Shown here piece by piece: positions 1-10,233 of a stretch of 59,612 bases of DNA (its first letter is position 1; the number at the start of each line of letters is the position of its first letter). Made by a program: the position numbers and the translations under genes. The notes beneath the pieces were generated by a model that worked only from the letters and a program-made list of their open reading frames with translations, did no database searches and was not told the origin of the DNA. This DNA is from an uncultured Acetivibrio sp. (GTDB taxonomy: Bacteria > Bacillota > Clostridia > Acetivibrionales > Acetivibrionaceae): positions 1 to 59,612 of the forward strand of contig CAYXPB010000001.1 in the NCBI GenBank assembly GCA_964466645.1. Reading direction: 5' to 3'.

Positions 1-925
1 CCTTATTTGAATATTTCGGTTTAAAACCTAAGATTTTTTCAGCTTTTTCTATGGACACAAAAGAATCTTCACAGGCTGTCTCATAAACCCATTTATACAA
101 AGGTGACAGCTTAAAAAATTCTAGAAATCTCAATGTAAGTATCATCGGCTTTGCTGGGAAACCCTTAATCTTCTTGCCAAACCCTGCATAATCCAGCACC
201 GCTTGATAATCTTCCCTCATTGTAGTAAACTCTTTTGCACCTATGTTAAAAGTATCATTCACCTTATCCTTTGGTCCTTCAGCAGCAAGATATATAGCTT
301 CACACAAATCTTCAACATCCAAAAACTGATATCTGTTTTTTCCGTTCCCTATCATAGGAAAACCTTTTCCGTCTTTTGCCCAATCATAAAAAAGGGCAAA
401 AACCCCCAACCTTTCCGGACCAATAAAAGATTTTGGACGTAATATCGGTATACACATACCCTTTTTTCTATATTCAATACATACTTCTTCAGCCTTTATC
501 TTTGCTTCTCCATAATAGCCCACGCCATCAAGTTTGTCGTTTTCTGCTAAAGGATGATGATCCGGAATCCCATAAACAGCAGTTGAAGAAATGTGTATTA
601 CTCTCTCTACTCCATTTGAAAATGCCGAATCAACTATATTCTTTGTACCATCAATATCCGTTGAAAAAATATCTTCCTTTTTATATAAAGGCAGAGCTGC
701 TGCAGTATGAACTACTATATCCACTTGTTCCATAGCCTGATCCACAGTCTTTCTATCCCTAATATCACCCTTAATTATTCTAACTCTGCCCTTGACATCT
801 TCATAATCAAACTCTGCAAAATCCAGAGATGTTATTTCACAACCCTTATTTAATAAAAACCTTATAAGGTTGATTCCTAAAAAACCTGCCCCTCCAGTAA
901 CTAAATATCTTTTCCCCATGTGCAT
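1..925 (-). CDS. NAD-dependent epimerase/dehydratase (extended SDR), 3' end runs off the window
   Basis: Absent from the ORF track; read by hand: (MH)[18 protein letters not shown]... with GxxGxx[10 protein letters not shown] and YGEAK (YxxxK). RBS AGGAG upstream; start at 925 or 919. Confidence 0.9.
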   Translation of the reverse strand, partial: MHMGKRYLVTGGAGFLGINLIRFLLNKGCEITSLDFAEFDYEDVKGRVRIIKGDIRDRKTVDQAMEQVDIVVHTAAALPLYKKEDIFSTDIDGTKNIVDSAFSNGVERVIHISSTAVYGIPDHHPLAENDKLDGVGYYGEAKIKAEEVCIEYRKKGMCIPILRPKSFIGPERLGVFALFYDWAKDGKGFPMIGNGKNRYQFLDVEDLCEAIYLAAEGPKDKVNDTFNIGAKEFTTMREDYQAVLDYAGFGKKIKGFPAKPMILTLRFLEFFKLSPLYKWVYETACEDSFVSIEKAEKILGFKPKYSNK

Positions 926-1096
926 TAGCTCCTATTCATTTTTGTTTATTAGGTAAGGTCATTTTTATAAATAACCGAATCAACTTGTCTACATTATTTT
1001 AAGAATATTCCAAAACGCACGTCCATTATATTTAATAGACTTTTTAAAAACAGTTACTTGTATATATGATACAAAAAGCACCCTTAAATTATACAT

Positions 1097-1360
1097 CTAG
1101 AGAGCTTCAACCAATATTTTTGATGCCTCCTCTGAACGTAACGCAATAACAGCACCTCTAATATGATATGCTACAGGATCTCCAGATGGACTCTTTTGCA
1201 ATGCTTCTATAACCGTATCATAAATCAAACCCAAATCCAACATTCTTCTTCTGATAATTCCATCCGAAGTAAGTAATTTTACCCTTGCTTTCTTACCTAT
1301 GGGCAAATAGTTTAAGGCTATATAACCATCATCATTCATAACATAATTCTCCAATTGCAT
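1097..1360 (-). CDS. feoA: FeoA family ferrous iron transport protein A
   Basis: RRRMLDLGL...SPSGDPVAYHIRGAVIALRSEEA is the FeoA signature; start may be 1339. Confidence 0.85.
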   Translation of the reverse strand: MQLENYVMNDDGYIALNYLPIGKKARVKLLTSDGIIRRRMLDLGLIYDTVIEALQKSPSGDPVAYHIRGAVIALRSEEASKILVEAL

Positions 1361-1492
1361 ATGTGCATTTATTATTATCGATCTGCTTAGAATAAAACTT
1401 TTCCTTACGATAAATTATGTATAATTTAAATAATATGTTACCTTTTTTGATTTTTAATAAAACTATAAGTTAATGGAACCTTTCTTCTAAAT

Positions 1493-2614
1493 CTATTTGC
1501 CACAACAGTGCTTATATTTCTTTCCACTGCCACAAGAGCACGGGTCATTTCTTCCTATTTTCTTCATAACTTTTGGCGCAGACTTACTCTGTTGTTGGTT
1601 AGTAGGAGTTCTAGGCGGATTCTTGACCAATTCTGAAGGCATGTGTCCACGCAATACCCACTTTCTAGTGTTATTTGATAAAACTCTTAACACCCTCATG
1701 AACTCATCTTTTTCACCTTCATCACTAAATTCTATTCCACACTCATTTACCATACCCAAAATTACATCTAAAGGAATATCCAATTTACAGGCTCCGAAAA
1801 TATCATAAATCAAATCACCTATTTCGCTCTCTTCAATTGTATTTTTGTTTTTGATAAATTCCTCAACGTTTTTACAATAAGTTGATGCCATTGAATTTTC
1901 ATAGTTTGAATAAAATGCCATGTCACTTTTAGTTGGCATAAAATAGGGACACCGAGACGCTCTTTTCAGCATGCCCAGATAATGTTTTTCATCTTTTAGC
2001 AGACGAGAAATAACATACCCATTGTCATACCAAAAATCAGCCTGCCGCATTTTCATTATATCAATGTACTCTTTAGCGCCCTCAACATTAATTTTTTCTC
2101 TATTATACATATTCCAAACATCAACCAACTGTTCAACTCTATACACTCCATACAAATTTGTCAGTGCAAAGGTATATGAAAAAAGCCTTTGATTACGCTC
2201 AACCCTATGCTTTATTTCCTCATTGTCCGATTGAGGCAACAAAGTCATCAGCTCCTTTGGTACAATCGGGTATATATGCCCATCGTGATTAAATAAATAG
2301 AAGTATCCTAACCACTTTAAGGTAACATACTGTTCTTTTTCAACATCATCCATTTCCTTATTAAAATTTTGCTTAACTTTATTTAAAAATGTCCATTCAG
2401 CTTCGTTCAAGTATTCTACATCGTTTAAAAAATTATCCAGCATTTTCGGCATCAGTTGGTCTATAATATCAGCATCAGCAGTTCCTTCAACAATTTGTAG
2501 ACTATGGGCTTGTGCTAGTTCTAAGAGTCTATATCCCCAATATAATTGCAAGCATTCTTTTAAGCCTGTCTTTGGCTCACCTTCAAAACAATCAAACAAA
2601 GCTATACTATTCAT
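1493..2614 (-). CDS. SEC-C metal-binding motif protein
   Basis: C-terminal KIGRNDPCSCGSGKKYKHCCG, preceded by NNTRKWVLRGHMPSEL. Confidence 0.85.
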   Translation of the reverse strand: MNSIALFDCFEGEPKTGLKECLQLYWGYRLLELAQAHSLQIVEGTADADIIDQLMPKMLDNFLNDVEYLNEAEWTFLNKVKQNFNKEMDDVEKEQYVTLKWLGYFYLFNHDGHIYPIVPKELMTLLPQSDNEEIKHRVERNQRLFSYTFALTNLYGVYRVEQLVDVWNMYNREKINVEGAKEYIDIMKMRQADFWYDNGYVISRLLKDEKHYLGMLKRASRCPYFMPTKSDMAFYSNYENSMASTYCKNVEEFIKNKNTIEESEIGDLIYDIFGACKLDIPLDVILGMVNECGIEFSDEGEKDEFMRVLRVLSNNTRKWVLRGHMPSELVKNPPRTPTNQQQSKSAPKVMKKIGRNDPCSCGSGKKYKHCCGK

Positions 2615-2802
2615 TTATATTCTCCTTTAATCAAATTCACGGTTTTTCAACTATGTACCTTTTTGTACTAGCGCAGAAGTAGTTGCAAAGCCAATCACTG
2701 CATACTCTTTATTATACAAAAAAATTGCACAAAACGAAAGGCTTGTTTAAAAATCTATTATAAATTTAGCCCTAATGCTTTGAATCTTTGCGTAAACAGA
2801 CA

Positions 2803-2861
2803 AACCCATATACAATATGTGGTCAATTAAGCTCTCATTTTCCACATAATGCACATGGGTT
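2803..2861 (-). terminator. Long stem-loop downstream of the ABC operon (terminator or 3' stabiliser)
   Basis: 20-bp stem AACCCAUGUGCAUUAUGUGG / CCACAUAUUGUAUAUGGGUU; two of the three DNA mismatches are G-U pairs on the minus strand only. Confidence 0.55.
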
Positions 2862-3034
2862 GCTATATTTTATTACATTTTGATAAAATACTATGAGTGC
2901 ACTCATAAAGCTAGATTCTACAATCACATATTTCTATGTTTTTGAAGGTCTATTACATTTTGTTTTGAGTGCACTCATAGGCTATAATATGGGAACAAAA
3001 AAAATTATTTTTAATTACACAATTTAGTTATATT

Positions 3035-4570
3035 CTATTTCAATGAACTTATAAACTCATCTACAGATTTCTGGCAATCATCTATAACCCTCTGAATTCC
3101 ACCACTTTCAAGGGATTTCTTTAACTTAGGATAGTAAGTATCGTAATCAACTAGCCCTTGGGAAAGTGGCTTAACTTCATTCTGGCCTACTGTTGCTAGT
3201 GCTGCCATTTCTGATTTTACATTGCTAGAATCATAAGTCCATCCAACAATTTTCATAGGCTTTGCAATGGCATTGAATTCCGCCATCTTCTGCCACTTGT
3301 CAGCACTTTCACTTGCCCATAGGTAATCAAGGAATTGGCTTCCTCCCATTGCCCATTGTGCAAGTCCATAGTAACCAGAGTTGTCAGCATTAACTCCATC
3401 AGCAAAGTCAATCTGGTTGTCACCGATTTTCTTATAATGCTTGTCTTCAATACCCCAACTAAGAAGATTTTTAATCTCTTTGTCTGCAAATAGTAGGTTA
3501 ATGAACATCATTGCTCTTGCTGGATCCTCAGAGGTTCTAGGAATTACTAACTGTGAGTTTGTCAAATCAAGAGTGGTAGTATAATATTCAATACCTTTCC
3601 AAGCATCTGCCTGAACAAGGTCATATCCGTATTGTGCTGCTAATTCTTCTGCTTTACCAGGCTTTAACTGCTCTGTCCAAGCAAATACTTTCTTAGACTT
3701 CTTAATAGGTGTTCCATCTTGTAAGGTCGCTACGTCTTGGTTTATATATTCTTTCTGATACCAACTGCGACTTAATTTGAATATTCTTTTTGAGGCTTCT
3801 GTTTCAAGTAAATTTAATATTTTAACATCCCCACCAGTTTTTTCGTAGCCAACTGGAACATCTACTGAACCAACATTTACATTCCAATCCTGTTGTAAAT
3901 ATGCTTGCTGGTCACCCGTTGTAGACAAGAATGGAATTATATCCGGTTCATTTTCCTTGATAGTCTTAAGCCATGGTTCAATATCTTCAGGCTTTGTGAT
4001 AGAGTCTATATCAAAATTGTACTTATCAACAAGTTCTTTATTAAATATAAATCCGCCAGTTCCGTACATATCCTTTGATGTAGGAATTGCATATAGTTTT
4101 CCATTTACAATCGGAGCTTTCAAATATGCAGGGTCGATATTGGCAATGATATCCTTACCATGCTCTTGAACGAGCTCATCCAACGGTAACCATGCTTGCT
4201 TTGCTACATAATCATTAAATCCCCACCAACTTGGAGAAAACATAATGTCTATCTTTTCACCAGAAGTCACATCCAATTGCTGTTTTTGCTGATAGTTATC
4301 CCACCAAAAATAGTTCAGTTTGATAGTTGCATTAATTTTTTGCTTGAGAATCTTGTTTACTTCTGCTTCTACCAATGCCACATCTTTAACTTGTGGGGCA
4401 AGGAAATACGCATTGATTTCATAAGGTGCTAGCTGAGAATCTGTGGTGCTTCCTCCAGGTTCTGTAGTCCCTCCAGGTTCAGTTGGCTTCGTACCCCCAC
4501 AGCCAGAAAACAACAAACTCAATGCTAAACCAGCAGAAATTAAACTTCCAAACTTTTTGATTTTTACCAT
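3035..4570 (-). CDS. Carbohydrate ABC transporter substrate-binding lipoprotein (LplA/DUF3502-like)
   Basis: Lipobox LFSGC; VNGKLYAIP, DPARAMMFINLL and WGIEDKHY motifs; downstream of two permeases. Confidence 0.9.
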   Translation of the reverse strand: MVKIKKFGSLISAGLALSLLFSGCGGTKPTEPGGTTEPGGSTTDSQLAPYEINAYFLAPQVKDVALVEAEVNKILKQKINATIKLNYFWWDNYQQKQQLDVTSGEKIDIMFSPSWWGFNDYVAKQAWLPLDELVQEHGKDIIANIDPAYLKAPIVNGKLYAIPTSKDMYGTGGFIFNKELVDKYNFDIDSITKPEDIEPWLKTIKENEPDIIPFLSTTGDQQAYLQQDWNVNVGSVDVPVGYEKTGGDVKILNLLETEASKRIFKLSRSWYQKEYINQDVATLQDGTPIKKSKKVFAWTEQLKPGKAEELAAQYGYDLVQADAWKGIEYYTTTLDLTNSQLVIPRTSEDPARAMMFINLLFADKEIKNLLSWGIEDKHYKKIGDNQIDFADGVNADNSGYYGLAQWAMGGSQFLDYLWASESADKWQKMAEFNAIAKPMKIVGWTYDSSNVKSEMAALATVGQNEVKPLSQGLVDYDTYYPKLKKSLESGGIQRVIDDCQKSVDEFISSLK

Positions 4571-4660
4571 TATTATACCTCCTTAAGTATGTATCACGTC
4601 TATAAATTGATCAACAGTGATAAAAAAAATCTTTTACCAATGCTGAAATCAATACTATAA

Positions 4661-5584
4661 TCAACCCTTTACAGCACCAATAGTAAGCCCCTTTATAAAA
4701 TACTTCTGAAAGAAAGGATATGCAAATACAATAGGCCCTATCCCTATTATTGCCATAGCCATACGCAGAGTCTCTCCGGGTACATTGGCCAAAGCACTTG
4801 AAGTGTTTCCAGAAGCTGATGCCAAAGACGATGTCAAAAATTGGAGAGAACGTAGAGCTTGATACATTGAATATTGAAGATTGTAGTATTTAGGATCGTT
4901 GATAAATAAGAGACAAAGGTACCAATCATTCCAGTAGTTCAGCGATGCAAATAATGCTATTGTAGCTATAACAGGCTTAGACATCGGAATTACTATCGTA
5001 AAGAATATATTAAACTCACTAGCTCCATCTATTCTAGCTGCTTCTAATACCGAGTCAGGTATATTGAGTGAGAAAAAAGTTTTGGTAATCAGCACATAAA
5101 ACGCATTCATGACAGATGGCATAATCAATGCAATTAAACTGTTCTTCAAACCCAAGTACTTGGTATATAGTATATACCATGGTACTAATCCTCCTTGGAA
5201 AAGCATGGTAAAGAATATAAAAAAGGAGAAAAAATTTCTGTATTTAAAAGTTTTCCTAGATATAGGATATGAATACATCATAGTAAATACTACACAAAAA
5301 AATGTACCTACAACACAAGCAAAAATTGTAACACCATAAGATCTAAACAATTTTTCGAGATCATTGAACAAAAACTTATATGCATCAAAACTTATCTTGC
5401 TTGGAAAAAAAGTATATCCGTTAATTGCAAGAGATGTCTGTTCTGTAATAGAAACCATGAAAATCAAAATCAAAGGAGCTATACACAAAACACAATAAAG
5501 AATAAAGAACACGTTAAGAACCATATTAGTAGCAGGTGAAATTGAATTTAATCTTGAAGATGTTTGTATTTTTTCTGACTTCAT
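4661..5584 (-). CDS. Carbohydrate ABC transporter permease
   Basis: EAARIDGA (EAA loop), hydrophobic helices, C-terminal QKYFIKGLTIGAVKG. Confidence 0.93.
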   Translation of the reverse strand: MKSEKIQTSSRLNSISPATNMVLNVFFILYCVLCIAPLILIFMVSITEQTSLAINGYTFFPSKISFDAYKFLFNDLEKLFRSYGVTIFACVVGTFFCVVFTMMYSYPISRKTFKYRNFFSFFIFFTMLFQGGLVPWYILYTKYLGLKNSLIALIMPSVMNAFYVLITKTFFSLNIPDSVLEAARIDGASEFNIFFTIVIPMSKPVIATIALFASLNYWNDWYLCLLFINDPKYYNLQYSMYQALRSLQFLTSSLASASGNTSSALANVPGETLRMAMAIIGIGPIVFAYPFFQKYFIKGLTIGAVKG

Positions 5585-5703
5585 ATTTTCCTCCCTAAAT
5601 ACGCAAATTATATTTTTCTAATTAAATAATATACCTTTTAATATATAACAGTTATATTGCATTTAATTTGTTGAAGTTCTACACAAATAATCAGCGATAT
5701 AAA

Positions 5704-6684
5704 TTAGAATATTTTATTTTCATTGCTAATTTTACCCACAGCCCAATTCGCAAACAATACCGTAAAGAACCCTACAATTGATTGGTATACCCCAGCAGCG
5801 GATGACATACCAATATCTCCGGTAAAAATTAAAGCTTTATATATATATGTGTCAAGAACTTCCGTTGTAGGTGCTAAAAGCCCCTGCTGCATCGTAACCT
5901 GATAAAAAAGACCGAAATCAGACCTGAAGATATTACCGAGGCTGATGATAGTGGTTACAATCATAAAAGGAACTAGAAACGGAAGTGTAATATACCTTAT
6001 CTGTTGCAACTTGTTTGCACCATCTAATATAGCAGCTTCATAATATTCTTGGTCAATTCCTGTGATTCCAGCCAAATAGATGACTATGCCGTAACCAATA
6101 TTCTTCCAAAGATTAATTAACACAAGTATAAATGGCCAATACTTAGGCGAAGCGTACCAATCGATAGTATTAATGTTTAGCACTCTAGCAATTGTTTTAT
6201 TAAAGAATCCATTAGGATCAAGAACTGCGAGCACAAGATAAGCTACTACTACCCATGAGAGAAAGTAGGGTAAAAATATTACAGACTGATAAAACTTAGC
6301 AGCAAACTTGTTTCTCAATTCATTGAGAGCTAATGCAAATAAAACGGCAAAAACCAATCCCAGAAAAATGAAAAACAAATTGTATATGATAGTATTCCGT
6401 GTTATCTGCCATGCTGCATTAGACATGAAAAGAAACTTGAAATTCTTTAAACCTGCCCAAGGACTTTTAATAAAACCATCAGCATAGTTAAAATCCTTAA
6501 AAGCAATAACGACACCAAGCATAGGTAAATAATAATTGATAAATATGAGAATAAATGGCGGCAACAACATCAGAAACAAGGCTCTGTTTGTTACCAGTTC
6601 TTTGAGAAAACCCGATTTTTTCCATAAGCTATTTTTGTTCATTTGGATGTTTATATCCGGTGTAGTGTTCGTACTTGTTGACAT
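5704..6684 (-). CDS. Carbohydrate ABC transporter permease (LplB-like)
   Basis: SPWAGLKNF, LPYFLSWVVV, YEAAILDGA. Confidence 0.93.
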   Translation of the reverse strand: MSTSTNTTPDINIQMNKNSLWKKSGFLKELVTNRALFLMLLPPFILIFINYYLPMLGVVIAFKDFNYADGFIKSPWAGLKNFKFLFMSNAAWQITRNTIIYNLFFIFLGLVFAVLFALALNELRNKFAAKFYQSVIFLPYFLSWVVVAYLVLAVLDPNGFFNKTIARVLNINTIDWYASPKYWPFILVLINLWKNIGYGIVIYLAGITGIDQEYYEAAILDGANKLQQIRYITLPFLVPFMIVTTIISLGNIFRSDFGLFYQVTMQQGLLAPTTEVLDTYIYKALIFTGDIGMSSAAGVYQSIVGFFTVLFANWAVGKISNENKIF

Positions 6685-7030
6685 TTCTCAATCACCTCAC
6701 GAAGAATTTAAAAAAGATTTCTTCAAAAACTACTTTTGCAACACTCCTTTCATAAAGTAGATCAAATCAAACTTTTTGAATTGATAATTGCAAAGCTTTT
6801 TTTGAAATTGCCCTAATTAAAAAAATCAATATACAAATCCACATAGTATCTGTTGAACATTGCACCTAAAATCGTTTATTTCTTTTTAGCTGTATTGAAA
6901 AAACCTATTTAATTAGAAAAAGATATACTCCCAAGTATGTTATATATTTCAGTAATACATAGTTTATCTATCTATAATGTATTTGTTAATATTGTCTATT
7001 TTCTATATCAAAATCTATTTTTATCTTTAA

Positions 7031-7070
7031 GGAAACCGGTTTACTAAACCATTTTAGTAAATGGTACCAT
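7031..7070. promoter_or_regulatory. Putative LacI-family operator / cre-like site with adjacent palindromes
   Basis: GGAAACCGGTTTAC (AAACCGGTTT palindrome with central CG) upstream of a sugar ABC operon, followed by TTTACTAAA-N4-TTTAGTAAA and ATGGTACCAT. Confidence 0.5.
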
Positions 7071-7384
7071 AATTCTATACCAAACGCAATATTTTTTTGT
7101 ACAAATCTTATAAACATCAATTTAAAGCGCTGATTTAGAAAGATACTCCCCTTGTTGTCAAGTTTTCAGATATATCTCCAATTGACTCAAATAATTCATA
7201 TATGATAATATATATATATAATTATATGTGAACTTCATTCCTAATAGAATCTTATTGACATTATCTAATACAGATCTTAATATTTATTAATTGTTTTATT
7301 CTATATTTGTACTTGCAGCCACTTTATGTTTTCCTATTATGATACAACAACTCATCTAAAAGTACTTAGGAGGTTTCTCTTGTA

Positions 7385-9388
7385 ATGGATAATTCAAAGG
7401 ATGACTACGTTAAAAGATATGAACCCTTTTGGGGCAGTTGGCACATGGAAAAATTCATAGGTCAGGGCAGTTATGGAAAAGTGTATAAGATATCAAAAGA
7501 AGAATGGGGCTATAAATATGAGTCTGCCCTAAAACTTATGAGCATTCCCACAAAGGAACAATACAACGAAGCAATATCAACTTTAGGAAATGACGAAAAC
7601 CTGCTAAAGCTTTATTTTGAAGATGCTGTAAAAAGTATTATAAATGAAATTGTAATGCTTTATAACCTCAGGGGCAACAGTAATATAGTAAGTTATGAAG
7701 ACCATACTGTAGAGAAACACCAAGATAAAATCACTTGGGACATTCTAATCAGAATGGAATATCTTACACCACTCAACAAATATATTGAGGAAAAAGATTT
7801 ATCTATAGATGATGTTGTAAATATCGGTCTCGATATATGTGCTGCTTTAGAACTGTGTTCGAAAAAGAACATTGTTCATAGAGATATAAAGGATGAAAAC
7901 ATATTTGTATCAAAAGACAAACGCTACAAATTAGGTGATTTCGGAATTGCACGGGAGCTATCAAAAGGCTTTTCCGCCTCAATTCGCGGCACCCCTCTCT
8001 ATATGGCCCCGGAAGTATATAAAGGTGAAACCTACGATACGAGAGCCGACCTATATTCTTTAGGCATTTTACTTTATAAACTTCTAAATAACTGCAGGTA
8101 TCCATTTATGCCCCCTTTCCCTACGGAACTTCGCATAAAAGACAGTGAAATCGCTGTAGAAAAACGCCTGCTCGGTGAAGCCATGGTGCCCCCATGTAAC
8201 GCACACCCAAAACTAGGTAATGTTATACTTAAGTTATGTGAATACAAGCCTTCCGATAGATTTTTATCTCCTGTGGAAGTTAAAAAAGCATTAGTCGAAG
8301 CATGTTATGATATGTCCTACATTGAAAGGCAAAAGATTGTTTTATCAAAGAAAAAAATAGCCTCCCCACAAACTATGAATATTATTCCTGAGACAGTCTT
8401 AATTAGCAACACTGAAATTACTGAAAACTTTACACAGGTAATCAATAATACCGAAGCTTCTATTTTGCAATGCGATAATACTCACTGCAATTTAAACATT
8501 GTAAACGGAAATACAAATTTGCCCGGCAACATAGTAAACGGAAGTCTCGTTTGTTCAATGGGTGAATGGATATATTTATCATGTCCTAGTCACGAGTATA
8601 ATATGTATAAGATTAGTCCTGACGAAACTCAAACAATAAAGCTAACTTCCGATGAGACATGGTTCGTCAATATAGTAGATAACTGGATCTATTACTGCAA
8701 CTCCTCTGATTGTGAACACATTTACCGAATTAATATAGATGGAAGCCGTAGAAAAAAAGTTATAGCTGACAGCTGTTTGTATTTAAATGTTGAACAGAAT
8801 TGGATTTATTATTGCAACGAATCTGACGGTTACAGCATATACAAAGCAAAAACCGACGGGACAGAAAAGATAAAGTTAAGCAGTGACAAAGCATATAACC
8901 TATGCTTATACCACGGTTTCCTATATTACTGCAATAAAAGCGATAATGACAGACTTTATAGAATAAATATCCACGGAAAAGAAAAAACAAGAATTTCCAA
9001 TGATGAAGCAAGCTATTTTTGCATCGACGATGAATGGATATATTTCTGCAACAAAAGTGACCATATGAAACTATACAAAATAAATACTTCCGGAACAAAA
9101 ACAGAGATAATATGCGATGATATGTCAACTAATATAAATGTATACGAAGATTGGGTCTTCTATTGTAATAAAAACGATATGAGTAAATTATATAGAATCC
9201 GTAGCGACGGTTCCGAAAAGGTAAAGCTCAATGACGATTACACCGACTATATCAATATAGTCGATGATTGGATCTATTACTGCAATAAAAGCGATCAAAG
9301 CAAAACTTACAAAATCCAACCAAATGGTCTTAACAAAACTCAAATTTGTATAATGGAAAATATTGAAGATGAATGGATTTACATCTAA
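7385..9388 (+). CDS. Hanks-type Ser/Thr protein kinase with C-terminal DUF5050-like beta-propeller repeats
   Basis: IGQGSYGKV, ALK, HRDIKDEN, DFG, APE motifs; about 7 repeats of WIYYCN..D...LYRI..DG; RBS AGGAGG. Confidence 0.9.
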   Translation: MDNSKDDYVKRYEPFWGSWHMEKFIGQGSYGKVYKISKEEWGYKYESALKLMSIPTKEQYNEAISTLGNDENLLKLYFEDAVKSIINEIVMLYNLRGNSNIVSYEDHTVEKHQDKITWDILIRMEYLTPLNKYIEEKDLSIDDVVNIGLDICAALELCSKKNIVHRDIKDENIFVSKDKRYKLGDFGIARELSKGFSASIRGTPLYMAPEVYKGETYDTRADLYSLGILLYKLLNNCRYPFMPPFPTELRIKDSEIAVEKRLLGEAMVPPCNAHPKLGNVILKLCEYKPSDRFLSPVEVKKALVEACYDMSYIERQKIVLSKKKIASPQTMNIIPETVLISNTEITENFTQVINNTEASILQCDNTHCNLNIVNGNTNLPGNIVNGSLVCSMGEWIYLSCPSHEYNMYKISPDETQTIKLTSDETWFVNIVDNWIYYCNSSDCEHIYRINIDGSRRKKVIADSCLYLNVEQNWIYYCNESDGYSIYKAKTDGTEKIKLSSDKAYNLCLYHGFLYYCNKSDNDRLYRINIHGKEKTRISNDEASYFCIDDEWIYFCNKSDHMKLYKINTSGTKTEIICDDMSTNINVYEDWVFYCNKNDMSKLYRIRSDGSEKVKLNDDYTDYINIVDDWIYYCNKSDQSKTYKIQPNGLNKTQICIMENIEDEWIYI

Positions 9389-9400
9389 AGGTGGTGCACT

Positions 9401-10219
9401 ATGGGTATAATGCTTAAAATCGATGCTTCCGTTATGACAACTAAAGGAGGTATACGCAGTAAAAATGAAGATAATTTTTATTTTAATGGTGCTTTTATGA
9501 AAAAAGACTCTCTTACCGATCCCCTATGTATTTCAACAAAAACTTCCGGCCAACGATTCATCTTTGCTGTTTGCGACGGTATGGGCGGAGAGGAATTTGG
9601 AGAAGAAGCATCTTTTTTGGCTGTTCAAGTCTTACATGAATTCTATAAAAAAAGCTTTCGAACCTCTACAGTATTATCAGATTTAAAAGAGTCTATAGAT
9701 AATCATATAAAAAAATCCAATAAAATAATATATGAACAGTCCTTATCGCTAGGTAAAAGAATGGGAACCACTTTAGCGTCTATTGTATTTTGCCGAGATA
9801 AAGCAATTTCCTTAAATATTGGAGATAGCAGAGTATATCTATTACGTGGCTCAAATCTGAAAAAACTCACAACCGATCATACTGAAGCGGAAAGACTTAT
9901 ACGTCTTGGAGTTTTGAACAGCTATACTGCCAGATTCCACAAGAGCAAAAACCTACTAACGAGGTATCTCGGCACAAACCCTTTTTTTGGTATAATGGAG
10001 GCAGATTACTCCGATGAATTAACCGTTTTAAAGGGAGATACCTATCTTGTCTGTAGTGATGGACTATCAAATTTTTTAACCGACGAGGAAATACAATTTC
10101 ATCTATCCGTTACCGGCACCAGTGCTTCGATATGTAAAGACCTGCTTAATTTAGCACTCGGCAATTATGGAACAGATAATGTTACGGTTTCGGTAATCAA
10201 AATTCTTGATATTGTGTAA
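9401..10219 (+). CDS. PP2C-family Ser/Thr protein phosphatase
   Basis: RSKNEDN, VCDGMGG, MGTT, IGDSRVY, CSDGL, GTDNVT motifs. Confidence 0.93.
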   Translation: MGIMLKIDASVMTTKGGIRSKNEDNFYFNGAFMKKDSLTDPLCISTKTSGQRFIFAVCDGMGGEEFGEEASFLAVQVLHEFYKKSFRTSTVLSDLKESIDNHIKKSNKIIYEQSLSLGKRMGTTLASIVFCRDKAISLNIGDSRVYLLRGSNLKKLTTDHTEAERLIRLGVLNSYTARFHKSKNLLTRYLGTNPFFGIMEADYSDELTVLKGDTYLVCSDGLSNFLTDEEIQFHLSVTGTSASICKDLLNLALGNYGTDNVTVSVIKILDIV

Positions 10220-10233
10220 GGCCATTTCAAATT

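Noticed and set aside
203-735. Plus-strand ORFs 203-442 and 433-735, and the many other short antisense ORFs in the track
   Set aside because: Shadows of well-supported genes on the opposite strand, with no RBS or motifs.
1380-1470. Fur/DtxR box upstream of feoA
   Set aside because: AT-rich partial palindromes only, with no convincing consensus match.
2844-2978. Tiny minus-strand ORFs starting MSAL within the palindromes
   Set aside because: No RBS; the ATGs are a by-product of the palindrome.
4440-4490. TEPGG duplication in the binding-protein N-terminus
   Set aside because: Ordinary low-complexity lipoprotein tether.
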